A stretch of 64,000 nucleotides of DNA from an uncultured delta proteobacterium. Its GTDB lineage: Bacteria; Desulfobacterota; Binatia; HRBIN30; BPIQ01. The stretch spans positions 78,242 through 142,241 of the forward strand of contig CAVXGR010000021.1 of NCBI GenBank assembly GCA_963761335.1, read 5' to 3'. Within the stretch, counting starts at the first letter, position 1; each line of letters begins with the position of its first letter. This document shows positions 41,201 to 49,272 of this stretch, piece by piece. The notes under the pieces were generated by a model. That model saw only the letters and a program-made list of their open reading frames with translations, was not told where the DNA came from and did not search any database. A program made the translations under genes and the position numbers.

Positions 41201-41844
41201 CCACCATCACCTCGACGCCGGGGGACACGCCGACCGTGACTCCGCCGCTGCCGACCTCGACGGAGACGGCGAGCCCGACGATCACCGAAACCGGGACGGT
41301 GACATCGACGCCGACGGTGACGCCGACGTCGACGCCTCTCGGCGGCTGCAGCAGCGGTTCGTCGATGCAGCGGGCGGTGCTCAAGGTCCGCAGGGACCGC
41401 GACCCGGCTGGTGACGAGAGGCTCGTTCTCCAGGGCGAGGCCACCTTCTCGACTCCGCTCGATCCGCATGCCGACGGGCTCAGCTTTGCGGTCGCCGGCG
41501 CCAGCGGTGATCTCCTCTACAGCCGTACCGTGCCGGCGGGCTTCTGGTCGGTGAACGGCCGCGGTACTCGCTGGCAGTACAGGGAGCAGACCGGCACTCT
41601 GGCCGGCGGCATCGTCAAGGTGATCGTCATCGACAAGAGCAACCGAGCGCCGGGCCTCTACAAGTTCAAGATCGTCGGTCGCGACAGCGACTTCCAGATC
41701 GACCCGGGGCAGCTGCCGGTTCATTTCGAGGTCAGGCTGGGAGCCGCGGCGAGCCAGTGTGCCGCGCAGGCGTTCAACCCGGATGGGGCGGCGCGCCCGG
41801 CCTGTCGCATCTCGAGAAATCTCAACACGGTCACCTGCCGGTGA
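38275..41844 (+). CDS. Large secreted protein A: N-terminal beta-propeller-like region, di-haem cytochrome c peroxidase/MauG-like domain (CSSCH, CVGCH), DxDxDG Ca-binding-like motif, Thr/Pro linker, shared C-terminal module
   Basis: 1189 aa with a signal peptide. CxxCH codons at 39817-39831 and 40312-40326. CCP-like blocks HWRGDR, FKVAQLRN and GFLHDGSVDTV. The opposite-strand 761-aa ORF is antisense junk. Confidence 0.8.
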   Translation: MRLTTTCAYLGLLLALTAGESGAVGSFVTFESGQVRPLAMSPDGNTLFAVNTPDDRLETFSVDSFGLTHTGSVPVGMEPVAVAARTNTEVWVVNHLSDSISIVDMSLVPPRVIRTLLVGDEPRDIVFAGAAHDRAFITTAHRGQNDPIDPQLTTPGVGRADVWVFDAINLGLSLGGDPLTIITLFADTPRALAVTPDGSTVYAASFLSGNETTAVSEGAVCDTSDANVNNEVVELACSIQGVTMPGGLPLPHHNSAGDRAPEVGLIVKYDGSHWVDQLGRSWDNAVKFSLPDEDVFSINANATPPAQTGFFTHVGTMLFNMAVNPVNGKVYVTNGESRNEVRFEGPGITSTTVQGHLAEYRITVLDGANVLPRHLNKQIDYNVRPAPLGVKDDSLATPLQMAITSDGQTLYVAAFGSSKIGIFNTAQLENDTFTPSAANHIPVSGGGPSGIVLDEARQRLYVLTRFDNGIAVIDTATHNEIDHLSLFNPEPPSVVNGRPFLYDAYFTSSNGEASCSSCHVFGDFDNLAWDLGNPDDVMIPNPLTKKLQQVAQLQGTNVDFDNFHPMKGPMTTQTLRGLKNHGTMHWRGDRVNQNGNVYDSDVAFRNFRVAFPGLVGRDSQIPESDMQAFSDFALQIIQPPNPIRALDNSLTADQQAGKNFMTGSRRADGIFVGGGTGFNCVGCHVLDASNGFFGTNGDQSFENETQVFKVAQLRNMYQKVGMFGMPGVDFFSNHSGENNFMGPQIRGFGFLHDGSVDTVFRFLHASVFDDGGTFNPVGFNGGDTQRRQVEQFILAFDSDLAPIVGQQVTLTSTNAAAVSARISLLEQRAGAAFVLKGMPGATECDLVVKGVVAGEMRGWVRTAAGTFQSDRAAESPLTDAQLRALAATPGEDLTFTAVPPGSGVRTGIDRDEDGYLDRDEIDAGSDPADAASIPGSVPSPTPTATTTATATASTTMTSTPVLTPTITSTPMDTGTPTITSTPGDTPTVTPPLPTSTETASPTITETGTVTSTPTVTPTSTPLGGCSSGSSMQRAVLKVRRDRDPAGDERLVLQGEATFSTPLDPHADGLSFAVAGASGDLLYSRTVPAGFWSVNGRGTRWQYREQTGTLAGGIVKVIVIDKSNRAPGLYKFKIVGRDSDFQIDPGQLPVHFEVRLGAAASQCAAQAFNPDGAARPACRISRNLNTVTCR

Positions 41845-41866
41845 CCGGAAGGACATAGGATAGCCG

Positions 41867-44800
41867 ATGCGCGTTTTCCCTTGGCGGAAGCTTCTGCTGG
41901 CGCTGACGATACTCGGGCTGGGCGCGGCGATTCCCGCCGGTGCGCAGTCGTTCGTCACCTTCGAGAGCGGCCAGGTGCGGCCGCTGGCCCTCTCCCCGAA
42001 CGGGAGCCAGCTGCTCGCCGTCGATACACCCGACAACACCCTGGAGACCTTCGACGTCGCCCCCGGAGGGGTGACGCACGCCGGCTCGATCCCGGTCGGG
42101 CTCGAGCCGGTCGCCGTGGCCTTCCGCGGCGATACCGAGGCGTGGGTGGTGAATCACCTCTCCGACAGCGTCAGCATCGTCGACCTGTCGCTGACCCCGC
42201 CGCGGGTCGTGCGCACCCTGCTGGTCGGCGACGAGCCGCGCGACATCGTCTTTGCCGGGCCGGGCGGCAACCGCGCCTTCATCACCACGGCGCATCGCGG
42301 ACAGAACAGCCCCATCGATCCGCAGCTGACGACCGAGGGTGTCGGTCGGGCCGATGTCTGGGTCTTCGACGCCACGGCGCTCGGCTCCTCACTCGGCGGC
42401 GACCCGCTCACCATCGTCACCCTCTTCGGCGACACGCCGCGGGCGCTGACGGTGAGCCCCGACGGCAACACGGTGTACGCCGCCATCTTCGAATCCGGAA
42501 ACCAGACGACCTCCGTCTCCGAAGGCGCCGTGTGCAACACCAGCGCGACGCGCATCAATAACGGCACCGTCCAGCCGGCGTGCAGCATCTTCGGCGTGAC
42601 CATGCCGGGAGGCCTGCCGCTGCCGCACAAGAACATCGAGGGCATTGCCGCGCCGGAGACCGGCCTGATCGTCAAGTACGACCCGACGCTCAGCCGCTGG
42701 AACGACAACATCGGCCGCAACTGGAACAACGCCGTCGACTTCTCGCTGCCCGACGACGACGTGTTCACCATCGACGCCAGCGCCGCGACGCCGGTGGAGA
42801 CGGGCGCCTTTCCCCACGTCGGCACCATCCTGTTCAACATGATCGCCAACCCGGTCACCGGCAACGTCTACGTCACCAACACCGACGCCCGCAACGAGGT
42901 GCGCTTCGAGGGCACCGGCATCCTCGGCGGCAGCAGCGTCCGCGGTCATCTGCACGAGGCGCGGGTCACCGTGCTCGACATCGCCCACGGCGGCGTGGTG
43001 GTGCCCCGGCATCTCAACAAGCAAATCAACTACGCCGTGGTGCCCAGCCCCCCCGGGGTGAAGGAGCTGAGCCTGGCGACACCGATGGGGCTGGCCATCG
43101 ACAGCGCCGGCGCCACGCTGTACGTGGCCGCCTTCGGCTCCAGCAAGATCGGCGTCTACGACGTCTCCAGCCTGGAGGATGACAGCTTCGATCCGGCGAC
43201 CGTGCCGCAGATCTCGGTCAGCGGTGGCGGGCCGTCCGGTCTCATCCTGGACGAGGCCAACGGCCGACTGTACGCGCTGACCCGCTTCAACGACGCGGTC
43301 GCGGTGATCGACACCGGCAGCAAGCTCGAGATCGACAGCCTGCCGCTGCACAACCCGGAGCCGCCCTCGGTGGTGCAGGGGCGACCGTTCCTCTACGACG
43401 CCGAGCTCACCTCGAGCAACGGCGAGGCCTCCTGCGGCGGCTGCCACGTGTTCGGCGACTTCGACAGCCTGGCCTGGGACCTCGGCGACCCCGACAGCAA
43501 CGTCATCACCAACGTCAACCCCTTTCGGGTCGCGCAGCCGCCCGCGGGGTTGCCGGTCATCCAGTCGTTCCCCGATCACCATCCGATGAAGGGGCCGATG
43601 ACGACACAGAGCCTGCGCGGCCTCGCCAACGCCGGCCCGATGCACTGGCGGGGGGACCGCTCCGGCGGCAACGATCCGGGCGGAGATCCGCTGGACGAGG
43701 ACGCCGCCTTCAAGCACTTCAACGTCGCCTTTGCCGGCCTGCTGGGGCGCAGCGGTCCGCTGACCGCCGACGAGATGCAGAAGTTCACCGACTTCGCCCT
43801 GCAGATCACCTACCCGCCCAACCCGATTCGGGCTCTCGACAACTCACTTACCCCGGACGAGCAGGCGGGTCGCGACTTCTTCATGCACCCCCCTTCGCAG
43901 CCGTCGGACGTGTTCCAACCCTGCCATGGCTGCCACCAGCTCGATCCGGCGCAGGGCTTCTTCGGCACCGACGGGTTCTCCAGCTTCGAGAACGAGCCGC
44001 AGCAGCTCAAGATCGCGCATCTGCGCAACGCCTACCAGAAGGTCGGCATGTTCGGCATGCCCGATGTGGCATTCTTCAATCAGAGGACGACCGGGTTTCT
44101 CGGACCCCAGGTCCGCGGCTTCGGATTCCTGCACGACGGCAGCGTCGATACCGTCTTTCGCTTCCTCAACGCCGTCGTCTTCAACCAGCACCAGTTCGTC
44201 ATCAATCTCGGCGGCTTTCCCGACGGTCCGAGCGGCGGCGATCCGTCGGCGGGGGACCCGCTGCGGCGCCAGGTGGAGTCGTTCATCCTCGCCTTCGACA
44301 GCAACCTCAAGCCGATCGTCGGACAGCAGATCACGTTGACCGACACCAACGCGGCCACGGTAGGAGCGCGCATCGACCTGCTCTTGACGGGCGCCGCGGC
44401 CGGCGACTGCGACGTCGCCGTAAAGGGGGTCGTCAACGGCGCGCAGCGCGGCTGGTACCGCCTCGCCGACGGCAGCTTCCAGAGCGATCGCGCTGCGGAG
44501 GCGCCGATCACCGACACGCAGCTGCGCCTGCTGGCGGCCACCCCGGGCCAGGACCTCACCTACACCGCGGTTCCGGTGGGCTCCGGCCAGCGCATCGGCG
44601 TGAATCGCGACGGCGACTGTGCCTTCGATGGCGACGAGATCGACAGCGGTACCAATCCGGCGAGCGGCGTCGCGGTGATCATGTCGAAGCCGAAGCTGCG
44701 GGTGGCCCGCGACCTGGCACCGGCCGGAGACGAGAGGTTCGCCCTCAGAGGCAATCTGGAGCTGTGCAACGCCTCGGTCACGGTCGATCCGCTCACCGAC

Positions 44801-45205
44801 GGCTTCAGCTTCACCGTCTCCGACAGCAGCGGCACGCCGATCTTCACGCGCGTCATCCCGCCGGGCGCGGCGCCGACTTCGCACGATCCGGGCTGGAAGG
44901 TGAATGGGAAGGGCACGCGTTGGGTCTTCAAGGACAAGACCGGCCTCGTCGCCGGCGGCGTCGTCCGCGTCGTCGTCATCGACAAGACGGCCCACCAGCC
45001 CGGACTCTACAAGATCAAGGTGGTCGGCAAGCGGGGCAACTTCCAGGTCGACCCGAACGATCTGCCGCTGCGCGCCACCGCTGTCGTCGACACCGTCGAT
45101 CCCTGCCTGAGCAAGCTCTGCGGCCAGGTCGCCTTCAACGCCGATGGCCAGCCGCGCCCGGCGTGCGCCGCCAAGAACGGAGGCAAGACGATCCTCTGCC
45201 GGTGA
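41867..45205 (+). CDS. Large secreted protein B, a paralogue of A: beta-propeller-like region, di-haem CCP/MauG-like domain (CGGCH, CHGCH), shared C-terminal module, no Thr/Pro linker
   Basis: 1112 aa. Starts 22 bp after A's stop, with an AGGACATAGGATAG-type weak RBS. CxxCH codons at 43433-43447 and 43922-43936. Colinear with A along its whole length. Confidence 0.8.
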   Translation: MRVFPWRKLLLALTILGLGAAIPAGAQSFVTFESGQVRPLALSPNGSQLLAVDTPDNTLETFDVAPGGVTHAGSIPVGLEPVAVAFRGDTEAWVVNHLSDSVSIVDLSLTPPRVVRTLLVGDEPRDIVFAGPGGNRAFITTAHRGQNSPIDPQLTTEGVGRADVWVFDATALGSSLGGDPLTIVTLFGDTPRALTVSPDGNTVYAAIFESGNQTTSVSEGAVCNTSATRINNGTVQPACSIFGVTMPGGLPLPHKNIEGIAAPETGLIVKYDPTLSRWNDNIGRNWNNAVDFSLPDDDVFTIDASAATPVETGAFPHVGTILFNMIANPVTGNVYVTNTDARNEVRFEGTGILGGSSVRGHLHEARVTVLDIAHGGVVVPRHLNKQINYAVVPSPPGVKELSLATPMGLAIDSAGATLYVAAFGSSKIGVYDVSSLEDDSFDPATVPQISVSGGGPSGLILDEANGRLYALTRFNDAVAVIDTGSKLEIDSLPLHNPEPPSVVQGRPFLYDAELTSSNGEASCGGCHVFGDFDSLAWDLGDPDSNVITNVNPFRVAQPPAGLPVIQSFPDHHPMKGPMTTQSLRGLANAGPMHWRGDRSGGNDPGGDPLDEDAAFKHFNVAFAGLLGRSGPLTADEMQKFTDFALQITYPPNPIRALDNSLTPDEQAGRDFFMHPPSQPSDVFQPCHGCHQLDPAQGFFGTDGFSSFENEPQQLKIAHLRNAYQKVGMFGMPDVAFFNQRTTGFLGPQVRGFGFLHDGSVDTVFRFLNAVVFNQHQFVINLGGFPDGPSGGDPSAGDPLRRQVESFILAFDSNLKPIVGQQITLTDTNAATVGARIDLLLTGAAAGDCDVAVKGVVNGAQRGWYRLADGSFQSDRAAEAPITDTQLRLLAATPGQDLTYTAVPVGSGQRIGVNRDGDCAFDGDEIDSGTNPASGVAVIMSKPKLRVARDLAPAGDERFALRGNLELCNASVTVDPLTDGFSFTVSDSSGTPIFTRVIPPGAAPTSHDPGWKVNGKGTRWVFKDKTGLVAGGVVRVVVIDKTAHQPGLYKIKVVGKRGNFQVDPNDLPLRATAVVDTVDPCLSKLCGQVAFNADGQPRPACAAKNGGKTILCR

Positions 45206-45230
45206 AGTGGTAGCTCCGGGCTCGGTCTTC

Positions 45231-45387
45231 GCCCCGGGGCTACACGCCCGCGCCCCTCCGGGGCGGATGATCGGGGCTTGCCGGAACGTCTTCCCCGGGT
45301 CGCACCGGGGGAAGGTTCAACGCGAGGAACCGGCGCGTCTTGGGGATCGCGCCGCGGAGCGGCGCGGGCATGTAGCCCCGGGTGACA
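45231..45387. repeat. REP-like GC-rich hairpin units, same family as 30350-30610
   Basis: GGGGCTACACGCCCGCGCCCCTCCGGGGCG (45236-45265) and CATGTAGCCCCGGGTGA (45371-45386). Confidence 0.55.
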
Positions 45388-45508
45388 GAGGCTGTCCCAA
45401 AACCAGAGTAGAAGCGCCATCCCGGCGCTTTCCGAAGCGGCGAGACGCCGCTTCTACCTTGGCCCGCGGGCCGGCGGAATCGTTTTGCCCGGGTTCTGAG
45501 ACAGCCTC
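45388..45508. mobile_element. MITE-like element, family A, copy 1 (121 bp, TIR GAGGCTGTC/GACAGCCTC, central hairpin GTAGAAGCG...CGCTTCTAC)
   Basis: About 90% identical to the reverse complement of 51198-51317. Confidence 0.6.
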
Positions 45509-45584
45509 GACAACCCGGGAGAAGGGCGTCGGCCTTGCCCGATGCGCCCCACAGGGCGCGGGGCCCTTTCGAACAGCCCGTGTC

Positions 45585-46004
45585 TTACTGCCAGCCGATG
45601 GGGTCGTAGCCGCGTTCGCGCAGGCAGCGTTCGACGAAGTTGCGGTAGACCGGGCTGGGCTCGTGGGTCTTGAAGAGGCCGCCGAGCAATCCGGCGGTCG
45701 CGCCCGAGGCGGCGCCGACCGCGGCGCCGCGACCGGCATCGCCGGTAACCGCGCCGCCGGCGGCCCCGATCGCCGCGCCAGCCCCAGCTCCCACCGCCGT
45801 GCCCGTGGCGACCTCCGCCGCCTGGCCGCCGCCGGCGGAGACGAACTGCTCGGCGCGGCGCATGCAGTCGTCGATGTCGCGCTCGGCCGTGGCGTTGCCG
45901 ACGCGGTCGAGCTGGGCGTTGGGGTAGAGCACCGGACGCTGCGCCGAGCAGCCCGCGAGGAGACCGCCGGCGAGCAGAAGAGGGAGAAGCGTGCGTGATC
46001 TCAT
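45585..46004 (-). CDS. Glycine-zipper lipoprotein (YMGG-like)
   Basis: Start at MRSRTLL (46004). Lipobox LLAGC. Gly/Ala zipper segment GTAVGAGAGAAIGAAGGAVTGDAGRGAAVGAASGATAGLLGG. Confidence 0.65.
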   Translation of the reverse strand: MRSRTLLPLLLAGGLLAGCSAQRPVLYPNAQLDRVGNATAERDIDDCMRRAEQFVSAGGGQAAEVATGTAVGAGAGAAIGAAGGAVTGDAGRGAAVGAASGATAGLLGGLFKTHEPSPVYRNFVERCLRERGYDPIGWQ

Positions 46005-46095
46005 ATGATCAATCATACCGGATTGATCTGCCCAAGCGACGTGCATGCGGATGCCGTTTGGTATCGACGTGCCGGTGCGCGATCTCCATCGCCGC

Positions 46096-46869
46096 CTAGC
46101 GCGGCGGCATGCGGATGGCGCCGTCGAGGCGGATGGTCTCGCCGTTCAGGTAGGCGTTCTCGACGATGTGGCGCGCCAGCGCCGCGAACTCCGCCGGCTG
46201 GCCGAGGCGCGAGGGGAAGGGGATGTTGGCGGCGAGGGCCTGGCGTTGCGGGTCCGGTAGCATGGCCAGCATGGGCGTGTCGAAGGTGCCCGGTGCGATG
46301 GTCATGATGCGGATGCCGAGCGAGGCGAGATCGCGGGCGATGGGCAGGGTCATGGCGACCACGCCGCCCTTGGAGGCGGAGTACGCCGCCTGGCCGATCT
46401 GCCCGTCGAAAGCGGCCGCCGAGGCGGTGTTGATGATGACGCCGCGCTCGCCGCCGTCGTTGGGAGCGTTCTTGGCCATCTGCGCCGCCGCCAGGCGGGT
46501 GACGTTGAAGGTGCCGATGAGGTTGATCTCGATCACCTTGGTGAAGATCTCCAGGGGCATCGGCCCCTGCTTGCTCACCGTGCGCATGGCGGCGCCGACG
46601 CCGGCGCAGTTCACGGCGACGTGGACGGTGCCGAAGCGCTCGGCGGCCTTGCCGACGGCGGCCTCCACCTCGGCGGCGTTGGTGACGTCCGCGGGCGTGA
46701 ACAGGCCGAGGTCGCCGAGCGACTTGGCCACCTCCTCGCCATTGGACTGCGGCCGGTCGACGATCACCGCCCGCGCCCCGCCGGCGACCAGGGTGCGCAC
46801 CGTCGCCTCTCCCAGTCCGGAGGCGCCACCGGTCACCAGGGCGACGATCCCTTCGAGCTTCATGTGCAA
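46096..46869 (-). CDS. Short-chain dehydrogenase, 3-hydroxyacyl-CoA dehydrogenase type-2 (HSD10/FadB2x-like)
   Basis: TGGASGLG cofactor motif and YSASK catalytic motif. Near-colinear with HSD17B10-family sequences ([38 protein letters not shown]). Confidence 0.9.
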   Translation of the reverse strand: MHMKLEGIVALVTGGASGLGEATVRTLVAGGARAVIVDRPQSNGEEVAKSLGDLGLFTPADVTNAAEVEAAVGKAAERFGTVHVAVNCAGVGAAMRTVSKQGPMPLEIFTKVIEINLIGTFNVTRLAAAQMAKNAPNDGGERGVIINTASAAAFDGQIGQAAYSASKGGVVAMTLPIARDLASLGIRIMTIAPGTFDTPMLAMLPDPQRQALAANIPFPSRLGQPAEFAALARHIVENAYLNGETIRLDGAIRMPPR

Positions 46870-46909
46870 TCCTCCTCGTGTGCGAAATCGGGAGCCAGCG
46901 GCCCGCGAA

Positions 46910-48046
46910 TCAGCTTTTCAAGTCGTACAGCTCGATGCAGTTTCCGGCGAGGATGGCGCCGCGTTCCCCGGCATCGACTCCCTGGAACATCTCGTCGATC
47001 ACCTTGCGGGAGTAGGGCCAGTCGGCGCCGTGGTGCGGGTAGTCGGTCGACCACATCATGTTGCCAACGCCGATGGCGTGGCGGTTGCGCACGCCGTAGA
47101 AGTCGATGATGAAGGTGGCCATCCAGTTGCGGCGGAAGTACTCGCTGGGAACGCGCTGCAGCGTGCTCTTCGCCCAGGAGCGATTGCGCCAGTAGCGGTC
47201 GTCCATCTGCTCGAGGAAGTACGGGATCCAGCCGGCGCCGCACTCCACGCCCACCATCCGCAGGCTCGGAAACTTGTCGAACAGTCCCCAGAAGATGGTC
47301 TCGCCGATGATCAGCGGCATGGTGGTGAGCCCGGCGGCGCTGAAGCCGGTGAGCGCCGCCTTGCCGACGCGGGCGATGCTGCCGATCTTTTCCTGCTGCT
47401 GGCCGCGGTGCACGAGGCTGATGTGGACGCTGACGGGAATGCCGAGGCGCTCGGCCTCGGTCCAGAAGGGATCGCAGTCGTCGTCGAGGAAGGGCTTTCC
47501 CGAGGGCCAGCTGGAGATCACCACGCCGCGGAGACCCAGGTCGCGGCAGCGCTTCATCTCCGCCACCGCGGTGTCGACGCCGAGGTTCGGAATCTGACCC
47601 TGCCCGACGAAATGCTGCGGCGCCTTGGCGACGAAGTCCTTGGCGAGCCAGTCGTTGTAGGCCTGCACCCCGGCGAGGTGGAAGTCCTTGTCCTCGTCCA
47701 GCATGAAGTGGCGCATGGTGCGCTGCGGCGGGTAGATCACCTCCGCCTGGATGCCGTCCTCCTGCATTTCCTTGACGCGCGCCAGCGCCTCGAAGCACCC
47801 CTGGTTGATGGTGTCGTAGCGCGAGCCGCCCCAGCGCAGCTGGTCATAGCTCTTGCCCGGGGTCTTGGTCACCAGACCGATGGTCGCCGGCTTGCCGCCG
47901 TCGTGAAAGTCCCAGGCGTCGCCGCCCTCGTCGTCTTTGACCAGCTTTGGAGCCCGCTTCTGGAACTCCGAAGCGAGCCATTTCTCCCACAGATCGGGTG
48001 GCTCGACGATGTGCGAGTCGGCGGAGACGATCTCGTAGCGCTGCAT
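46910..48046 (-). CDS. Amidohydrolase-2 (ACMSD/decarboxylase-like metal-dependent hydrolase) family protein
   Basis: 378 aa. N-terminal [10 protein letters not shown] metal-ligand motif and the TIM-barrel amidohydrolase_2 pattern. Confidence 0.8.
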   Translation of the reverse strand: MQRYEIVSADSHIVEPPDLWEKWLASEFQKRAPKLVKDDEGGDAWDFHDGGKPATIGLVTKTPGKSYDQLRWGGSRYDTINQGCFEALARVKEMQEDGIQAEVIYPPQRTMRHFMLDEDKDFHLAGVQAYNDWLAKDFVAKAPQHFVGQGQIPNLGVDTAVAEMKRCRDLGLRGVVISSWPSGKPFLDDDCDPFWTEAERLGIPVSVHISLVHRGQQQEKIGSIARVGKAALTGFSAAGLTTMPLIIGETIFWGLFDKFPSLRMVGVECGAGWIPYFLEQMDDRYWRNRSWAKSTLQRVPSEYFRRNWMATFIIDFYGVRNRHAIGVGNMMWSTDYPHHGADWPYSRKVIDEMFQGVDAGERGAILAGNCIELYDLKS

Positions 48047-48134
48047 TGGGGCGGACCTCCTTCTGGTTAACGATCGTTAACCTCGTACCAGACGGGCAGA
48101 CCGGTCGTCAAGCGGGTCCTGGGGGGCCGGGCAG

Positions 48135-48380
48135 GGGGTGAACCGCAGAGGCGCGGAGGACGCAGAGGGAAGAGGGACCGCCAAGGCGCCGAGGACGCCA
48201 AGAGAAGATCGCCAAGGGGAAAAGGGGCCGGGCCACTCCAGACGCTCCTGCCGGATAACAGGTCTTTGCCGATCACAGCGAGTGGCCCGGCCCCTTTTCC
48301 TCTCGGTGTCCTTTCTTTGCGTCTTGGTGCCTTGGCGGTTTCTCTTCTCTGCGCTCTCTGCGCCTCTGCGGTTCGTCCCC
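48135..48380. mobile_element. MITE-like element, family B, copy 1 (~245-bp imperfect palindrome with ~100-bp arms)
   Basis: Arms GTGAACCGCAGAGGCGCGGAGGACGCAGAGGG...GGGCCGGGCCACTC and the reverse-complement-like GAGTGGCCCGGCCCC...CTCTGCGGTTCG. A second copy lies at 54465-54712. Confidence 0.6.
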
Positions 48381-48425
48381 CGCCCCGGGTTTCCACCCGC
48401 CTGACAACTGTGTTACCGAGGTTCG

Positions 48426-49229
48426 ATGGCTGACTTCGAGACGGTGCGCTTCGAGGTGCGGGAGCGGGTGGCGACGATCACGCTCAATCGCCCGGAGAGG
48501 AAGAACGCGATGAATCAGCAGCTCAAAGACGAGCTGCGCTCCTGCTGGCAGCGGGTGAAGGCCGACCCGGACATCTGGGTGGCGATCATCACCGGCGCCG
48601 GGACGGCGTTCTCGAGCGGCGCCGACGTCGAGTCGCTGGCGACCGGCGGCTTCGTCAAGCCCGATCGCTGGCGCGAGCTGGCGATGATCGAGGGAATCGT
48701 CGAGCTGCCGACGCCGCGCCGGCAGCGGGTCCATAAGCCCGTCATCGCTGCGGTCAACGGGGTGGTCGCCGGCTTCTCTCTCGATCTGGTCACCGAGTCC
48801 GACATTCCCATCGCCTCGGAGCAGGCATCCTTCGTCGACCCGCACGTATCGATCGGCTACGTCTCCTCCCACGAGATGGTGAACATGGCCCGGCGCGTGC
48901 CGGTGGCCGTCTGCCTGCGCATGGCGCTGCTCGGCAGTCGCGAGCGCATGAGCGCGCAGCGCGCCTACGAGGTGGGGTTGGTGACCGAGGTCGTGCCGCA
49001 CGACAAGCTCATGGATCGCGCCCGCGAGCTCGCCGAGATGGTGCTCAGCAACTCGCCGCTGGCGGTGTGGGGCACGAAGATGGCCATTCTCCAGGGCCTC
49101 GGGCTGCCGATCCCGCAAGCCGAGGAGATCGCCGCCGGATACCTCGAGGTCGTCGAGCAGTCCGAAGATCACAGCGAAGGCCCGCGCTCTTTCGTCGAGA
49201 AGCGCAAGCCGGCGTGGAAAGCGCGGTGA
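48426..49229 (+). CDS. Enoyl-CoA hydratase/isomerase (crotonase family)
   Basis: Crotonase-fold pattern including the KPVIAAVNGVVAGFSLDL oxyanion-hole region. Confidence 0.9.
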   Translation: MADFETVRFEVRERVATITLNRPERKNAMNQQLKDELRSCWQRVKADPDIWVAIITGAGTAFSSGADVESLATGGFVKPDRWRELAMIEGIVELPTPRRQRVHKPVIAAVNGVVAGFSLDLVTESDIPIASEQASFVDPHVSIGYVSSHEMVNMARRVPVAVCLRMALLGSRERMSAQRAYEVGLVTEVVPHDKLMDRARELAEMVLSNSPLAVWGTKMAILQGLGLPIPQAEEIAAGYLEVVEQSEDHSEGPRSFVEKRKPAWKAR

Positions 49230-49272
49230 CCGCTGGGACCGCGGCCGCCCCGGCCGCATCCTTCTTCGGTGC

